Shown here one piece after another: positions 35,678-44,041 of a stretch of 45,891 bases of DNA. The notes beneath the pieces were generated by a model. That model did no database searches. It was given only the letters and a program-made list of their open reading frames with translations, and had not been told where the DNA came from. The DNA is taken from positions 1 to 45,891 of the forward strand of contig CAZVBS010000001.1 in the NCBI GenBank assembly GCA_964625905.1, in the 5' to 3' direction. The translations under genes were made by a program, and so were the position numbers. Every line of letters starts with the position of its first letter. Positions within the stretch are counted from its first letter, which is position 1. The stretch is from an uncultured Candidatus Saccharibacteria bacterium (GTDB taxonomy: Bacteria > Patescibacteriota > Minisyncoccia > Phycocordibacterales > JABMNX01).

Positions 35678-36118
35678 ATGACAACTAAAGACACAAAGAA
35701 AGAATTAATAAAGGAAACTGAAGAAGTATCTTCTTCAGATAAGAAACCTGCAAAGAAAGTAGCGAAAAAGGCTGCGCCTAAAAAGGCAACCAAGAAAGCT
35801 ACTGGAGACGGAATCTCAAGATTACGTATTCGTGTGCGAGCATATGAACACAAACTTCTTGATGTATCTGTAAAGCAGATTATTGACACCGCACTTCGGT
35901 ATGATGCTGAAGTAGTAGGACCAACACCTCTTCCAATTGAAAGAAAGTTATATACTGTTAACCGTTCAAGTTTTGTACACAAAGATGCGCGAGAACAATT
36001 CGAGATGCGTGTACATAAGAGAATGATTGATATAATTAACCCAAATCAGAAAGTTGTTGAGTCCTTGACTAATCTTTCTTTGCCGTCGGGAGTGAACATC
36101 GACGTAAAAATGATGTAA
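35678..36118 (+). CDS. rpsJ: 30S ribosomal protein S10 with a Lys/Ala-rich N-terminal extension of about 45 aa
   Basis: The S10 core RLRIRVRAYEHKLLD...GVNIDVKMM is preceded by KKPAKKVAKKAAPKKATKKA. The ATG at 35678 is preferred over the track GTG at 35645. Confidence 0.93.
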   Translation: MTTKDTKKELIKETEEVSSSDKKPAKKVAKKAAPKKATKKATGDGISRLRIRVRAYEHKLLDVSVKQIIDTALRYDAEVVGPTPLPIERKLYTVNRSSFVHKDAREQFEMRVHKRMIDIINPNQKVVESLTNLSLPSGVNIDVKMM

Positions 36119-36120
36119 TC

Positions 36121-36241
36121 GCATTTCTAAAATTACTTCATCTACTTCGTCGTTAGCTCATAATATTTTCTTTGCCGTACTAATGTACGCCTCTGAAAAT
36201 ATTCTTCGCACTCCTTGTATCTAAAGCAATTTTAAAAATGC
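36121..36241 (+). repeat. E3 nested-hairpin element
   Basis: Outer 14-bp stem GCATTTCTAAAATT/AATTTTAAAAATGC (1 mismatch), inner stem AATATTTTC/GAAAATATT, apex CGTAC/GTACG, strands ..ATCTACTTCGTCGTTAG.. and ..CGCACTCCTTGTA... Starts 2 nt after the rpsJ stop. Confidence 0.6.
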
Positions 36242-36248
36242 TTGAAAC

Positions 36249-36272
36249 AAAAACCGCCTTACGGCGGTTTTT
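36249..36272 (+). terminator. Rho-independent terminator
   Basis: AAAAACCGCC-TTAC-GGCGGTTTTT. Confidence 0.8.
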
Positions 36273-36291
36273 GTAATTTTATGCGAAAAAG

Positions 36292-36435
36292 AGTATACTC
36301 TCACACCTATTTTACTACTGTGATTTTGTTGGGTTATTGATATTTTATTGAACTTCATTATTACACTTTTTTACTTTCACATTAAATCTTTTTATAAACC
36401 ACACAGTAGCAGTAAAACAGGTGTAGGGGTATACT
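36292..36435. repeat. Long imperfect inverted repeat upstream of the Zn-ribbon ORF
   Basis: Arms AGTATACTCTCACACCTATTTTACTACTGTG (36292-36322) and CACAGTAGCAGTAAAACAGGTGTAGGGGTATACT (36402-36435), spacer about 79 nt. Each arm carries a TATACT. Confidence 0.5.
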
Positions 36436-36475
36436 TTAATTAGATATTTAACTATATGATTTATAGGAGGCTGGC

Positions 36476-36733
36476 GTGGTTGAAAAATTATCACTTTATG
36501 AAGCTATTATTTTTTCAATGAAAAAGCACAAGCCAAATGAAGATGGAAGTTGCAAAACTGAAAGTTGCGACGGCATGGTCGTTGCCGAGGTTAATGGATT
36601 GTTTAGAGGAAATTATACCCACGGCACTCCTTTCTGTAGTAGATGTAAGAGATCATATATTTCTGCTGTTAATGTGTCTGTTATAGGCATAGAAGAATTT
36701 GAAAGATTAATGCGTACACCCATGACGATTTAA
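36476..36733 (+). CDS. Hypothetical 85-aa zinc-ribbon-like protein inserted between rpsJ and rplC
   Basis: GTG start 5 nt after AGGAGG (36465-36470). Cys pairs C-KTES-C and C-SR-C. Own terminator. Confidence 0.5.
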   Translation: MVEKLSLYEAIIFSMKKHKPNEDGSCKTESCDGMVVAEVNGLFRGNYTHGTPFCSRCKRSYISAVNVSVIGIEEFERLMRTPMTI

Positions 36734-36753
36734 CCGTACGTTTCCCTAACTAG

Positions 36754-36780
36754 CTCCGCACAATTTGGCGCGGAGTTTTT
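36754..36780 (+). terminator. Hairpin terminator
   Basis: CTCCGC..GCGGAG plus T5. Confidence 0.6.
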
Positions 36781-36786
36781 CTTTTC

Positions 36787-36814
36787 TTGCATTATTTAAT
36801 GACTCCTGTATACT
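36787..36814 (+). promoter_or_regulatory. Promoter of the rplC-rplB unit
   Basis: TTGCAT-16-TATACT. Confidence 0.5.
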
Positions 36815-36914
36815 CTCTTTTGTACTCGTTTTGTTTTGCTAGCTTTATTGGTTAGTTAAGGGGTAGCTACGTTCTCAGCAGAGAAGAACCTATGGCACGG
36901 AGATTTAATGAATC

Positions 36915-36938
36915 CGCGCTATTGAGCGCGATTTTTTT
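36915..36938 (+). promoter_or_regulatory. Attenuator-like hairpin and U-tract 12 nt before the rplC start
   Basis: CGCGCT-ATTG-AGCGCG, then A and T7. Confidence 0.5.
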
Positions 36939-36949
36939 ATACACACATT

Positions 36950-37579
36950 GTGAAATTCATTCTAGGAACAAAACAATACATGACTCAGGTCTTTGATGAA
37001 AAAGGTATGGCTTACCCTGCTACTGTTTTAGCTGCTGGACCTATTACCGTTATTCAAGTGAAAAGTACTGAAAAAGACGGATATGAATCTGTGCAAGTTG
37101 GATATAGTGAAAGGCACGAAAAAAATATAAACAAAGCACAGAAAGGTCATTTTAAAGATTTAGGACTATTTAGATACTTAAGAGAGTTTCGAGCAAAGAG
37201 CATCGGCAACGATGAATACAAAAGGGGAGACATTATTGATGTTTCAAAGTTTGAAGTCGGAGATATTGTAGAGATTTCAGCAATTTCAAAAGGTAAAGGA
37301 TTCCAAGGTGTTGTTAAGCGACACGGGTTTGCTGGGGGTCCTAGAACACACGGTAACAAACACCACGAGCGTACTCCGGGTTCTATTGGAGCTCAGGGTC
37401 CACAGCGTGTACTTAAGGGAGTGAGAATGGCAGGACGAATGGGAGCAGACCGTGTTACTGTGAAGAACCTTAAAGTTCTTCAGGTAGATAAAGAAAACAA
37501 TCAACTTGTGATCAAAGGAGCTGTACCAGGTCATCGTGGCACTTTTGTTGAGGTTAGAGTAATGCAAAAGGCAAAATAA
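36950..37579 (+). CDS. rplC: 50S ribosomal protein L3
   Basis: GTG start; ILGTKQYMTQVFDE, FQGVVKRHGF. Confidence 0.95.
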   Translation: MKFILGTKQYMTQVFDEKGMAYPATVLAAGPITVIQVKSTEKDGYESVQVGYSERHEKNINKAQKGHFKDLGLFRYLREFRAKSIGNDEYKRGDIIDVSKFEVGDIVEISAISKGKGFQGVVKRHGFAGGPRTHGNKHHERTPGSIGAQGPQRVLKGVRMAGRMGADRVTVKNLKVLQVDKENNQLVIKGAVPGHRGTFVEVRVMQKAK

Positions 37580-37589
37580 TTAAACAATT

Positions 37590-38372
37590 ATGGAAACTAA
37601 CGTATACAACCAAGAAGGAAAAGCTGTAAGTAAGGTAAATCTACCCGAAGGCATTTTCGGACTTAAATGGAATGCTGATTTAGTACATCAGGTTGTTGTT
37701 GGTTTTGAAGCTAATAAACGAACTCCAGTAGCTCACACAAAAGACAGAGGTGATGTTCGTGGTGGTGGTAAAAAACCATGGCAACAGAAAGGAACTGGAC
37801 GCGCACGAGTTGGTTCTTCACGTTCTCCTATCTGGAGAGGTGGAGGAATTACATTTGGTCCACGAAAAGACAAAGATTATTCAAAGAAGGTCAACAAAAA
37901 GATGAAGATTAAAGCCCTATACGTAGCGCTCTCACAGAAGATGCGTGACGGAGAGATACTTTTTGTTGAATCTCTTTCATTCTCTGATCCAAAGACCGCA
38001 AAAGCTAAGAGTGTTCTTTCTGCACTTGCGTCAGTTAAAGGTTTTGATACACTCTCAACAAAGAAGAAAAACTGCGCACTTATAGCTACATTTAAGAAAG
38101 ACGCTGTTACAGAAAAAAGTTTTAATAATATGGGTAATGTTGAGGTGGACGAAGTAAGGAACCTTAATGCAAGAGACCTTCTTCTACATAAATACATAAT
38201 TATTACTAATCCAGAAGAAACTATTACATTTTTTGGAAGTAAGCTAAAGTCTGTTTCAAGGACTATGAAAGACTCTAAAGATGAAAATGAGGTAAAGAAA
38301 GCGCCAACTAAAAAAACAACAGTAAAGAAAGCGCTTGCAAAAAAAGCGGCAACTAAGGTAGCAAAAAAATAA
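37590..38372 (+). CDS. rplD: 50S ribosomal protein L4 with a Lys-rich C-terminal extension
   Basis: GGGKKPWQQKGTGRARVGSSRSPIWRGGG. Tail KKAPTKKTTVKKALAKKAATKVAKK. Confidence 0.95.
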   Translation: METNVYNQEGKAVSKVNLPEGIFGLKWNADLVHQVVVGFEANKRTPVAHTKDRGDVRGGGKKPWQQKGTGRARVGSSRSPIWRGGGITFGPRKDKDYSKKVNKKMKIKALYVALSQKMRDGEILFVESLSFSDPKTAKAKSVLSALASVKGFDTLSTKKKNCALIATFKKDAVTEKSFNNMGNVEVDEVRNLNARDLLLHKYIIITNPEETITFFGSKLKSVSRTMKDSKDENEVKKAPTKKTTVKKALAKKAATKVAKK

Positions 38373-38373
38373 C

Positions 38374-38859
38374 ATGGCATTATTTCGATTAAAAAAAGAA
38401 GGAGAAGATAAAGGAAAAAACTCTTCCGAGGCGGTAGTTTCGATTCCGTCCGCAGACGGAATCGCGCCCGGAGGCGACGTTAAGAAACCAGAGAAGGTTA
38501 AAAACATTGATAAAAGTGCTGAAAAGAAAACAGACAAGAAAACTTCTTCAGATGTTCTTTCTCTTAATTACAGAAAAGATACAGCGTCAATTCTTAAAAA
38601 CCCTCGAGTGACTGAGAAAGCAACTATTATGTCTGAGAAAGGAGTGTATGTGTTTGATGTATCTGCACGAGCAACAAAAGCAGATGTTAGGGATGCAGTC
38701 AAAGAGCTCTATAAAGTGACTCCACGAAAGATAAATATGGTAAAAGTTCCCTCAAAACGAACAAGGGTACGTGGACAACAAAATAGGTTTGGAGTAAAGT
38801 CAGGTGGAAAGAAAGCGTATGTGTACGTAAAGAAGGGTGACACTATTGATATTGTATAG
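38374..38859 (+). CDS. rplW: 50S ribosomal protein L23 with an N-terminal extension of about 65 aa
   Basis: Core ILKNPRVTEKAT...KINMVKVPSKR begins near residue 70. Confidence 0.93.
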   Translation: MALFRLKKEGEDKGKNSSEAVVSIPSADGIAPGGDVKKPEKVKNIDKSAEKKTDKKTSSDVLSLNYRKDTASILKNPRVTEKATIMSEKGVYVFDVSARATKADVRDAVKELYKVTPRKINMVKVPSKRTRVRGQQNRFGVKSGGKKAYVYVKKGDTIDIV

Positions 38860-38876
38860 TTATTTTATTTTGAAGT

Positions 38877-39716
38877 ATGAAAAAATATAAACCAACAACA
38901 CCAGGACAAAGAGGAATGACAAGAGTAAGTTTTAAAAAACTTACGGCTTCTAGCCCATTCAAAAAACTAACCAAAGGAAGAAAGCGTCATGTTGGGCGAA
39001 ACAGTCAGGGGCGTATTACCACAAGGCATAAAGGTGGAGGACACAAGAGACTTTATCGTGATATTGATTTTCTTTTTAATAAGAAAGATATTCCTGCAAA
39101 GATTGAAACAATCGAGTATGACCCTAACCGAACAGCATTTATTGCACTTGTGCTATACGCTGACGGAGAACGTCGTTATATGCTTTTACCACAATCACTT
39201 GAGGTTGGAGATAAGGTGATTGTCTCAGAAAAGGCTCCACTTAAGCATGGAAACAGGTTAAGAATGAAGAATATACCCGTTGGTACGTTTGTATACAACA
39301 TTGAATTAAAGCCAGAAGGTGGATCAAAACTAGCTCGTTCTGCTGGAAACTACGCTGAGGTCATTGGACAAGATGCTGGTTACACACTTCTAAAGATGCC
39401 TTCAAGTGAAGTTCGAAAAGTTCTTGAAAATTCCTGGGCATCTATTGGTGAAGTTTCAAATGAAGAACATAAGCTTGTAAACATCGGAAAGGCTGGGCGA
39501 AACAGGTGGCTCGGTAAACGACCTACTGTACGTGGAGCAGCCATGAACGCTGTTGATCACCCTCATGGAGGTGGAGAAGGTAAAGCAGGACGTGGACACC
39601 GAAGGCAACGTACTAAGTGGGGTAAGCCTTCTGGAAAGGGTCAAAAGACAAGAAAAACAAAGAAATACTCAAACACACTTATCGTAAGGCGTAGGAAAGT
39701 AGGTAAACGAAAGTAA
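38877..39716 (+). CDS. rplB: 50S ribosomal protein L2
   Basis: GRNSQGRITTRHKGGGHKRLYR, HPHGGGEG. Confidence 0.97.
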   Translation: MKKYKPTTPGQRGMTRVSFKKLTASSPFKKLTKGRKRHVGRNSQGRITTRHKGGGHKRLYRDIDFLFNKKDIPAKIETIEYDPNRTAFIALVLYADGERRYMLLPQSLEVGDKVIVSEKAPLKHGNRLRMKNIPVGTFVYNIELKPEGGSKLARSAGNYAEVIGQDAGYTLLKMPSSEVRKVLENSWASIGEVSNEEHKLVNIGKAGRNRWLGKRPTVRGAAMNAVDHPHGGGEGKAGRGHRRQRTKWGKPSGKGQKTRKTKKYSNTLIVRRRKVGKRK

Positions 39717-39743
39717 AAATTTAGAATTGTTTCACTATAAGTA

Positions 39744-39782
39744 ACAAGAAAGGTCACTACACAGTGACCTTTCTTGTTTTTG
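39744..39782 (+). terminator. Rho-independent terminator after rplB
   Basis: 15-bp stem ACAAGAAAGGTCACT/AGTGACCTTTCTTGT followed by a T-run. Confidence 0.8.
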
Positions 39783-39844
39783 TATTACAATTATATTTAT
39801 CTAATATATAGTAACTCTGTTAATTATTATATGGAGTAAAGTAC

Positions 39845-40126
39845 ATGACTCAACAAACTCAGTTAAGTCAGTATATGTGGCGGGTTGAATTTGTGCACAG
39901 AAACGGCTTAAATAATACCTATAAGTTATTCAGTAAGAGTGCTGGAGATGTGTTTTTAACTATTTCAACGAATCAACGCTTTAACGTTGGTGATAAAATA
40001 AGACTCTTTGCTGTAAATACTAACGAACATGGCAGGCTTGCGCGCAAGGGTATCGAGATAGTTTGGAATACAAAAAAAGTATCAAAAGGACCTGTTCCAG
40101 CTGAGATACGTAAAGGGTACATATAA
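39845..40126 (+). CDS. Hypothetical 93-aa protein inserted between rplB and rpsS
   Basis: GGAG 8 nt upstream. Bracketed by two terminators. No recognisable motif. Confidence 0.5.
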   Translation: MTQQTQLSQYMWRVEFVHRNGLNNTYKLFSKSAGDVFLTISTNQRFNVGDKIRLFAVNTNEHGRLARKGIEIVWNTKKVSKGPVPAEIRKGYI

Positions 40127-40157
40127 GGCAGGATTCGTTTGTTACGAACCCTGCCTT
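40125..40157 (+). terminator. Hairpin terminator
   Basis: AAGGCAGG-ATTCGT..ACGAAC-CCTGCCTT. Confidence 0.65.
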
Positions 40158-40162
40158 ATAAT

Positions 40163-40217
40163 TTGACATAAGCCTTCGTTTTAGCTATTATGTACGCCAA
40201 GCTCGAGAGAGCTTTTT
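40163..40217 (+). promoter_or_regulatory. Consensus promoter of the rpsS-rplE unit plus 5'-proximal hairpin and U-tract
   Basis: TTGACA-17-TATTAT, then AAGCTC-GAGA-GAGCTT plus TTT (40199-40217). Confidence 0.55.
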
Positions 40218-40313
40218 ATTTACGACATAGAACAAGAGGCGTAAGAAAGTATATTTTTTTAAGCATTCGAGTCGAGGAGTAAATATCGAAGATATTTTGA
40301 TTTAATATTATAT

Positions 40314-40649
40314 ATGGCACGATCCATCAAAAAAGGACCATACGTAGACCCAAGACTTCAAAGGAAGATTGAGGGCAAAAAACCAAATGATACAGGTGTT
40401 GTTAAGACGTGGGCTAGACGAAGTCAAATTTCTCCTGATATGGTAGGTTTTACTTTTGGAGTCCATAACGGTAAAGATCATATTGAGGTTTTTGTTACAG
40501 ATGAAATGGTTGGACACCGCTTAGGAGAGTTTTCACCTACTAAGAAGTTCCACCGACACGGAGGTAAAATGCAGAAAGAATTAGAACAACGACAGAAAGA
40601 AGCTGAGATTACAGCAGCAAAGGCAGCTAAAGTAGCAGCCGATAAATAA
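40314..40649 (+). CDS. rpsS: 30S ribosomal protein S19 with a C-terminal extension
   Basis: [23 protein letters not shown]. Extra tail [25 protein letters not shown]. Confidence 0.95.
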   Translation: MARSIKKGPYVDPRLQRKIEGKKPNDTGVVKTWARRSQISPDMVGFTFGVHNGKDHIEVFVTDEMVGHRLGEFSPTKKFHRHGGKMQKELEQRQKEAEITAAKAAKVAADK

Positions 40650-40660
40650 TATATATACTT

Positions 40661-40987
40661 ATGAAAGCACGACTTAAAAATTATAGACAATCTCCTCGCA
40701 AAGTTAGACTAGTTGCTAATCTTGTGCGCGGTAAAAGCGTTGTGCGTGCGTTAACAGCGCTTTCATTTTTAGATAAAAAGTCAGCAGCTCCAATTAAGAA
40801 ATTAATAGAGTCAGCAGTCTCAAACGCAGAAAACCAAGGTTCAAACAAAGAAGACTTAGCAGTTTCAGATATTCAAGTAGACGAAGGAATGTCATTTATA
40901 CGCTTTCGTGCAAGAGCTAGAGGACGAGCTGCTCCCATCAGACGACGCTCAAGTCATATCAATATAAACCTAAAAGCTAAAAGCTAG
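40661..40987 (+). CDS. rplV: 50S ribosomal protein L22
   Basis: SPRKVRLVANLVRGKSV, RARGRAAPIRRRSSHI. Confidence 0.95.
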   Translation: MKARLKNYRQSPRKVRLVANLVRGKSVVRALTALSFLDKKSAAPIKKLIESAVSNAENQGSNKEDLAVSDIQVDEGMSFIRFRARARGRAAPIRRRSSHININLKAKS

Positions 40988-40998
40988 AACACACTTAC

Positions 40999-41664
40999 AT
41001 GACACATAATGTACACCCATATTCACATAGACTTGGAATACTTCGCGACTGGAAGTCACGATGGTTCTCTTCAAACCCACGAGTATATCGTGAGGGAATT
41101 AAGCTTGATGTAAACATTCGAGAGTATTTAACAAGAGAATTACGTGGCAAATACGTAAGCTCTATTGAAATGGAACGAAATCAAAACATGCTCCGTGTCA
41201 TTATTAAGACCACTCGACCAGGAATTATAATTGGACGAAGCGGTGAAGGTAGTATAAAACTCAAGGCTGGAGTAGAGAAGATGGCAAAGAAGTTAAGAAT
41301 AGAAGAGCTACCAGAAATCAAGATAGATATTGAGGAGGTTCGTTCTCCAGAATCAAATGCAGCAATTGTTTCTCAAATGATTGCAGAAGGTCTTGAAAAA
41401 CGTATGCCATTTCGTAGAGTACTAAAACAGACAGCGGATAAAGTAATGGCAAATCGAGACGTAGAGGGTGTACGGATCTCTGTTGCAGGACGACTTGGTG
41501 GAACAGAAATGGCTAGACAAGAACAGATAAAGAAGGGACGTGTTCCACTTCAGACATTTAGAGCAGATATTGATTTTGCACGAGAAAAAGCGTATCTTCC
41601 ATATGGAGTTATTGGTATCAAAGTATGGATATATAAAGGAGACGTATTTGAAACTAATGATTAG
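40999..41664 (+). CDS. rpsC: 30S ribosomal protein S3
   Basis: HPYSHRLGILRDWKSRWF, KH domain, GRLGGTEMAR. Confidence 0.96.
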   Translation: MTHNVHPYSHRLGILRDWKSRWFSSNPRVYREGIKLDVNIREYLTRELRGKYVSSIEMERNQNMLRVIIKTTRPGIIIGRSGEGSIKLKAGVEKMAKKLRIEELPEIKIDIEEVRSPESNAAIVSQMIAEGLEKRMPFRRVLKQTADKVMANRDVEGVRISVAGRLGGTEMARQEQIKKGRVPLQTFRADIDFAREKAYLPYGVIGIKVWIYKGDVFETND

Positions 41665-41669
41665 GGCTT

Positions 41670-42092
41670 ATGTTATTTCCAAAGAAAGTAAAATACAGAA
41701 AATGGCAAACACGCCGTTCAAATAAAAACAAAGTTCACAACGCTACAAGAGGTGTGACAGTATCATTTGGTTCTCATGGACTTAAGGCTATGACAATGGA
41801 GAGAATCACATCAAATCAAATTGAGGCAGCAAGGCGTGTTATCAGTCGTACTCTAGGAAAGACAGGTAAGACATGGATACGCGTTTTCCCAGATAGGCCA
41901 ATTACAGCTAAGGCAGCAGAAGTTGGTATGGGTAAGGGAAAAGGTGATTTAAAGCACTATGTTGCAGAAATCCTTCCCGGTCGTATTATATTTGAGATCG
42001 ATGGAGTTACAGATGATGTAGCTAAAGAAGCCCTTAGAAAAGCTGGAGCAAAGCTACCGCTTAAGACAAAGATAGTAAGTAGGCATACATAA
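41670..42092 (+). CDS. rplP: 50S ribosomal protein L16
   Basis: PKKVKYRKWQ, MGKGKGD. Confidence 0.96.
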   Translation: MLFPKKVKYRKWQTRRSNKNKVHNATRGVTVSFGSHGLKAMTMERITSNQIEAARRVISRTLGKTGKTWIRVFPDRPITAKAAEVGMGKGKGDLKHYVAEILPGRIIFEIDGVTDDVAKEALRKAGAKLPLKTKIVSRHT

Positions 42093-42113
42093 TACAGATA
42101 AAATAAAAGGATT

Positions 42114-42302
42114 ATGAAAAAAATATCAGCAATCAAAGGAAAAAGTAGTAAAGATTTAATAAAGACACTCAACGAGAAGCGTGAAGAGTTAAGGAAGTTT
42201 CGTTTTGGTATTTCAGGTAGTAAGACCCGTAATGTAAAAGAAGGAAGAAATACACGTAAGGAAGTAGCTAAGGTTCTTACAGAACTTAATTCTAGAATAT
42301 AA
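42114..42302 (+). CDS. rpmC: 50S ribosomal protein L29
   Basis: Size, operon position and the L..L.E.R.ELRKFRF pattern. Confidence 0.9.
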   Translation: MKKISAIKGKSSKDLIKTLNEKREELRKFRFGISGSKTRNVKEGRNTRKEVAKVLTELNSRI

Positions 42303-42310
42303 ACAAAAAT

Positions 42311-42595
42311 ATGACTGACAAACAAACAAAAGAAAATACAAAACTTGAAAGCTCTACTCCTAAGACTAAAAAAGTATTTAGTGGTACTGTGGTATCAAAT
42401 AAAATGAAAGATACTATTGTTGTTATGGTATCTCGGTATACAAAGCACCCAAAATACAAGAAATTTTTAAAGCGTTCAAAGAAATTTATGACGCATGATG
42501 AAGGAAACACGAAAGAGATTGGAGATAAGGTGAATATAGAAGAGACACTTCCAATGTCAAAAAACAAGAGATTTAAAGTAGTCGACAGTAAGTAA
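42311..42595 (+). CDS. rpsQ: 30S ribosomal protein S17
   Basis: GTVVSNKMKDTIVVMV..HPKYKK..KKFMTHDE. Confidence 0.93.
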   Translation: MTDKQTKENTKLESSTPKTKKVFSGTVVSNKMKDTIVVMVSRYTKHPKYKKFLKRSKKFMTHDEGNTKEIGDKVNIEETLPMSKNKRFKVVDSK

Positions 42596-42633
42596 ATATT
42601 AGTTTATAGTAACCACTCATTATCTAAAGCTAT

Positions 42634-43005
42634 ATGATTCAGCCACAAACAACAGTTAAAATAACCGACAACTCAGGCGCAAAAATAGGCGTTGTCTTCA
42701 AGGTACTTGGTGGTTCTAAGCGTAGATATGCTCGTATCGGAGATATAGTAGTACTTTCAGTAAAGTCAGTTGAGCCACGAAAGATGGTGAAAAAGAAAGA
42801 AGTAGTTCGTGGTATTGTTGTTCGTCAAAAACAACCATTTAGACGAAAAGACGGTTCATATATTCGCTTTGATGAAAACGCAGTTGTGCTTGTTGAAAAA
42901 GAAAAGAAAGAGCCACGTGCAGGACGAATCTTTGGCCCAATCCCTCGAGAAATTGCAGAAGCAGGATACCAGAAGATTGTTTCACTAGCGCCAGAGGTGG
43001 TATAG
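42634..43005 (+). CDS. rplN: 50S ribosomal protein L14
   Basis: MIQPQT...DNSGAK...RFDENA. Confidence 0.97.
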   Translation: MIQPQTTVKITDNSGAKIGVVFKVLGGSKRRYARIGDIVVLSVKSVEPRKMVKKKEVVRGIVVRQKQPFRRKDGSYIRFDENAVVLVEKEKKEPRAGRIFGPIPREIAEAGYQKIVSLAPEVV

Positions 43006-43018
43006 AAAAATTTATAAT

Positions 43019-43327
43019 ATGAAGATTAAAAAAGGCGACAAAGTAATAGTAATTTCAGGAAAAGACCGAGGTAAGAAAGGTAAGGTTCTTCGAGCGCTTC
43101 CAAAAGAAGACCGTGTGATAGTCGAAGGTGTTAATGTTGTTAAACGACACCAGAAAGCTACATCACAACGTCAAAGCGGACAGATTATAGATAAGACTCT
43201 TCCAATACATGTCTCAAATGTAATGATTGTTGACCCAAAAACAGGAAAACGAACACGAATTGGTATAAAAAGAGTAAATGGTAAGTATACTCGTATAGCA
43301 AAAAAGAGTAATACAAAAATTTCATAA
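43019..43327 (+). CDS. rplX: 50S ribosomal protein L24
   Basis: [25 protein letters not shown] motif. Confidence 0.95.
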   Translation: MKIKKGDKVIVISGKDRGKKGKVLRALPKEDRVIVEGVNVVKRHQKATSQRQSGQIIDKTLPIHVSNVMIVDPKTGKRTRIGIKRVNGKYTRIAKKSNTKIS

Positions 43328-43332
43328 TAAGT

Positions 43333-43872
43333 ATGTCATTAACAAAAGAAAAACAGAATAATATTTTTGACTCTATAAAAGAGAAGTTAAACTACACAAA
43401 TGTATCGCAGTCACCTAAGATTAATAAGGTTACTGTGTCTGTTGGAGTTGGATCAATAAAAGATAAAAAGAAAATAGAAACAATTATTGATAGACTTACA
43501 AAAATAACGGGACAAAAGCCTTCTGCTCGTCCTGCAAAGAAATCTATCGCTACATTTAAGCTTAGAGAAGGAGATATAATTGGATATCAGGTAACACTGC
43601 GTGGTCCACGTATGTATGATTTTCTTGATAAGCTTATTCATGTTGCACTTCCACGAACTCGTGACTTCAGAGGTATCAAACTTTCATCAATCGACGAAAT
43701 GGGTAATATATCTATTGGCATCAAAGAACACACTATATTCCCAGAGACTTCAGGCGAAGAGTTAAGAGATGTGTTTGGAATGAGTGTTACTATTACCACT
43801 TCAGCAGTGACTCGAGAAGAGACTGAAGCTTTGCTTCGCGGCGTACAATTCCCCCTACAAAAAGCAGAGTAG
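43333..43872 (+). CDS. rplE: 50S ribosomal protein L5
   Basis: KSIATFKLREG, LPRTRDFRG, FPE. Confidence 0.96.
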   Translation: MSLTKEKQNNIFDSIKEKLNYTNVSQSPKINKVTVSVGVGSIKDKKKIETIIDRLTKITGQKPSARPAKKSIATFKLREGDIIGYQVTLRGPRMYDFLDKLIHVALPRTRDFRGIKLSSIDEMGNISIGIKEHTIFPETSGEELRDVFGMSVTITTSAVTREETEALLRGVQFPLQKAE

Positions 43873-43873
43873 T

Positions 43874-43994
43874 CAAACACTTAAAAACAATGCGCTACTT
43901 CGTTGTACATCGAAACATTTTAACGCCGTACCTTGAGTACGGCTTTTAAAATGTTTCTTGCACACCTCGTACCACATTTGTTTTTTAGTGTTTG
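43874..43994 (+). repeat. E4 nested-hairpin element
   Basis: Outer 17-bp stem CAAACACTTAAAAACAA/TTGTTTTTTAGTGTTTG (1 mismatch), inner perfect 12-bp stem GAAACATTTTAA/TTAAAATGTTTC, apex GCCGTAC/GTACGGC, strands TGCGCTACTTCGTTGTACATC and TTGCACACCTCGTACCACAT. Starts 1 nt after the rplE stop. Confidence 0.65.
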
Positions 43995-44025
43995 AATGAT
44001 ATTAAAAACAACCTTTTGGTTTTTT

Positions 44026-44034
44026 TGATATACT
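44026..44034 (+). promoter_or_regulatory. Extended -10 promoter (TGaTATACT) 7 nt before the CDPS ATG, implying a leaderless or near-leaderless mRNA
   Basis: TGATATACT at 44026-44034. ATG at 44042. No SD sequence. Confidence 0.4.
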
Positions 44035-44041
44035 TTTAAAT

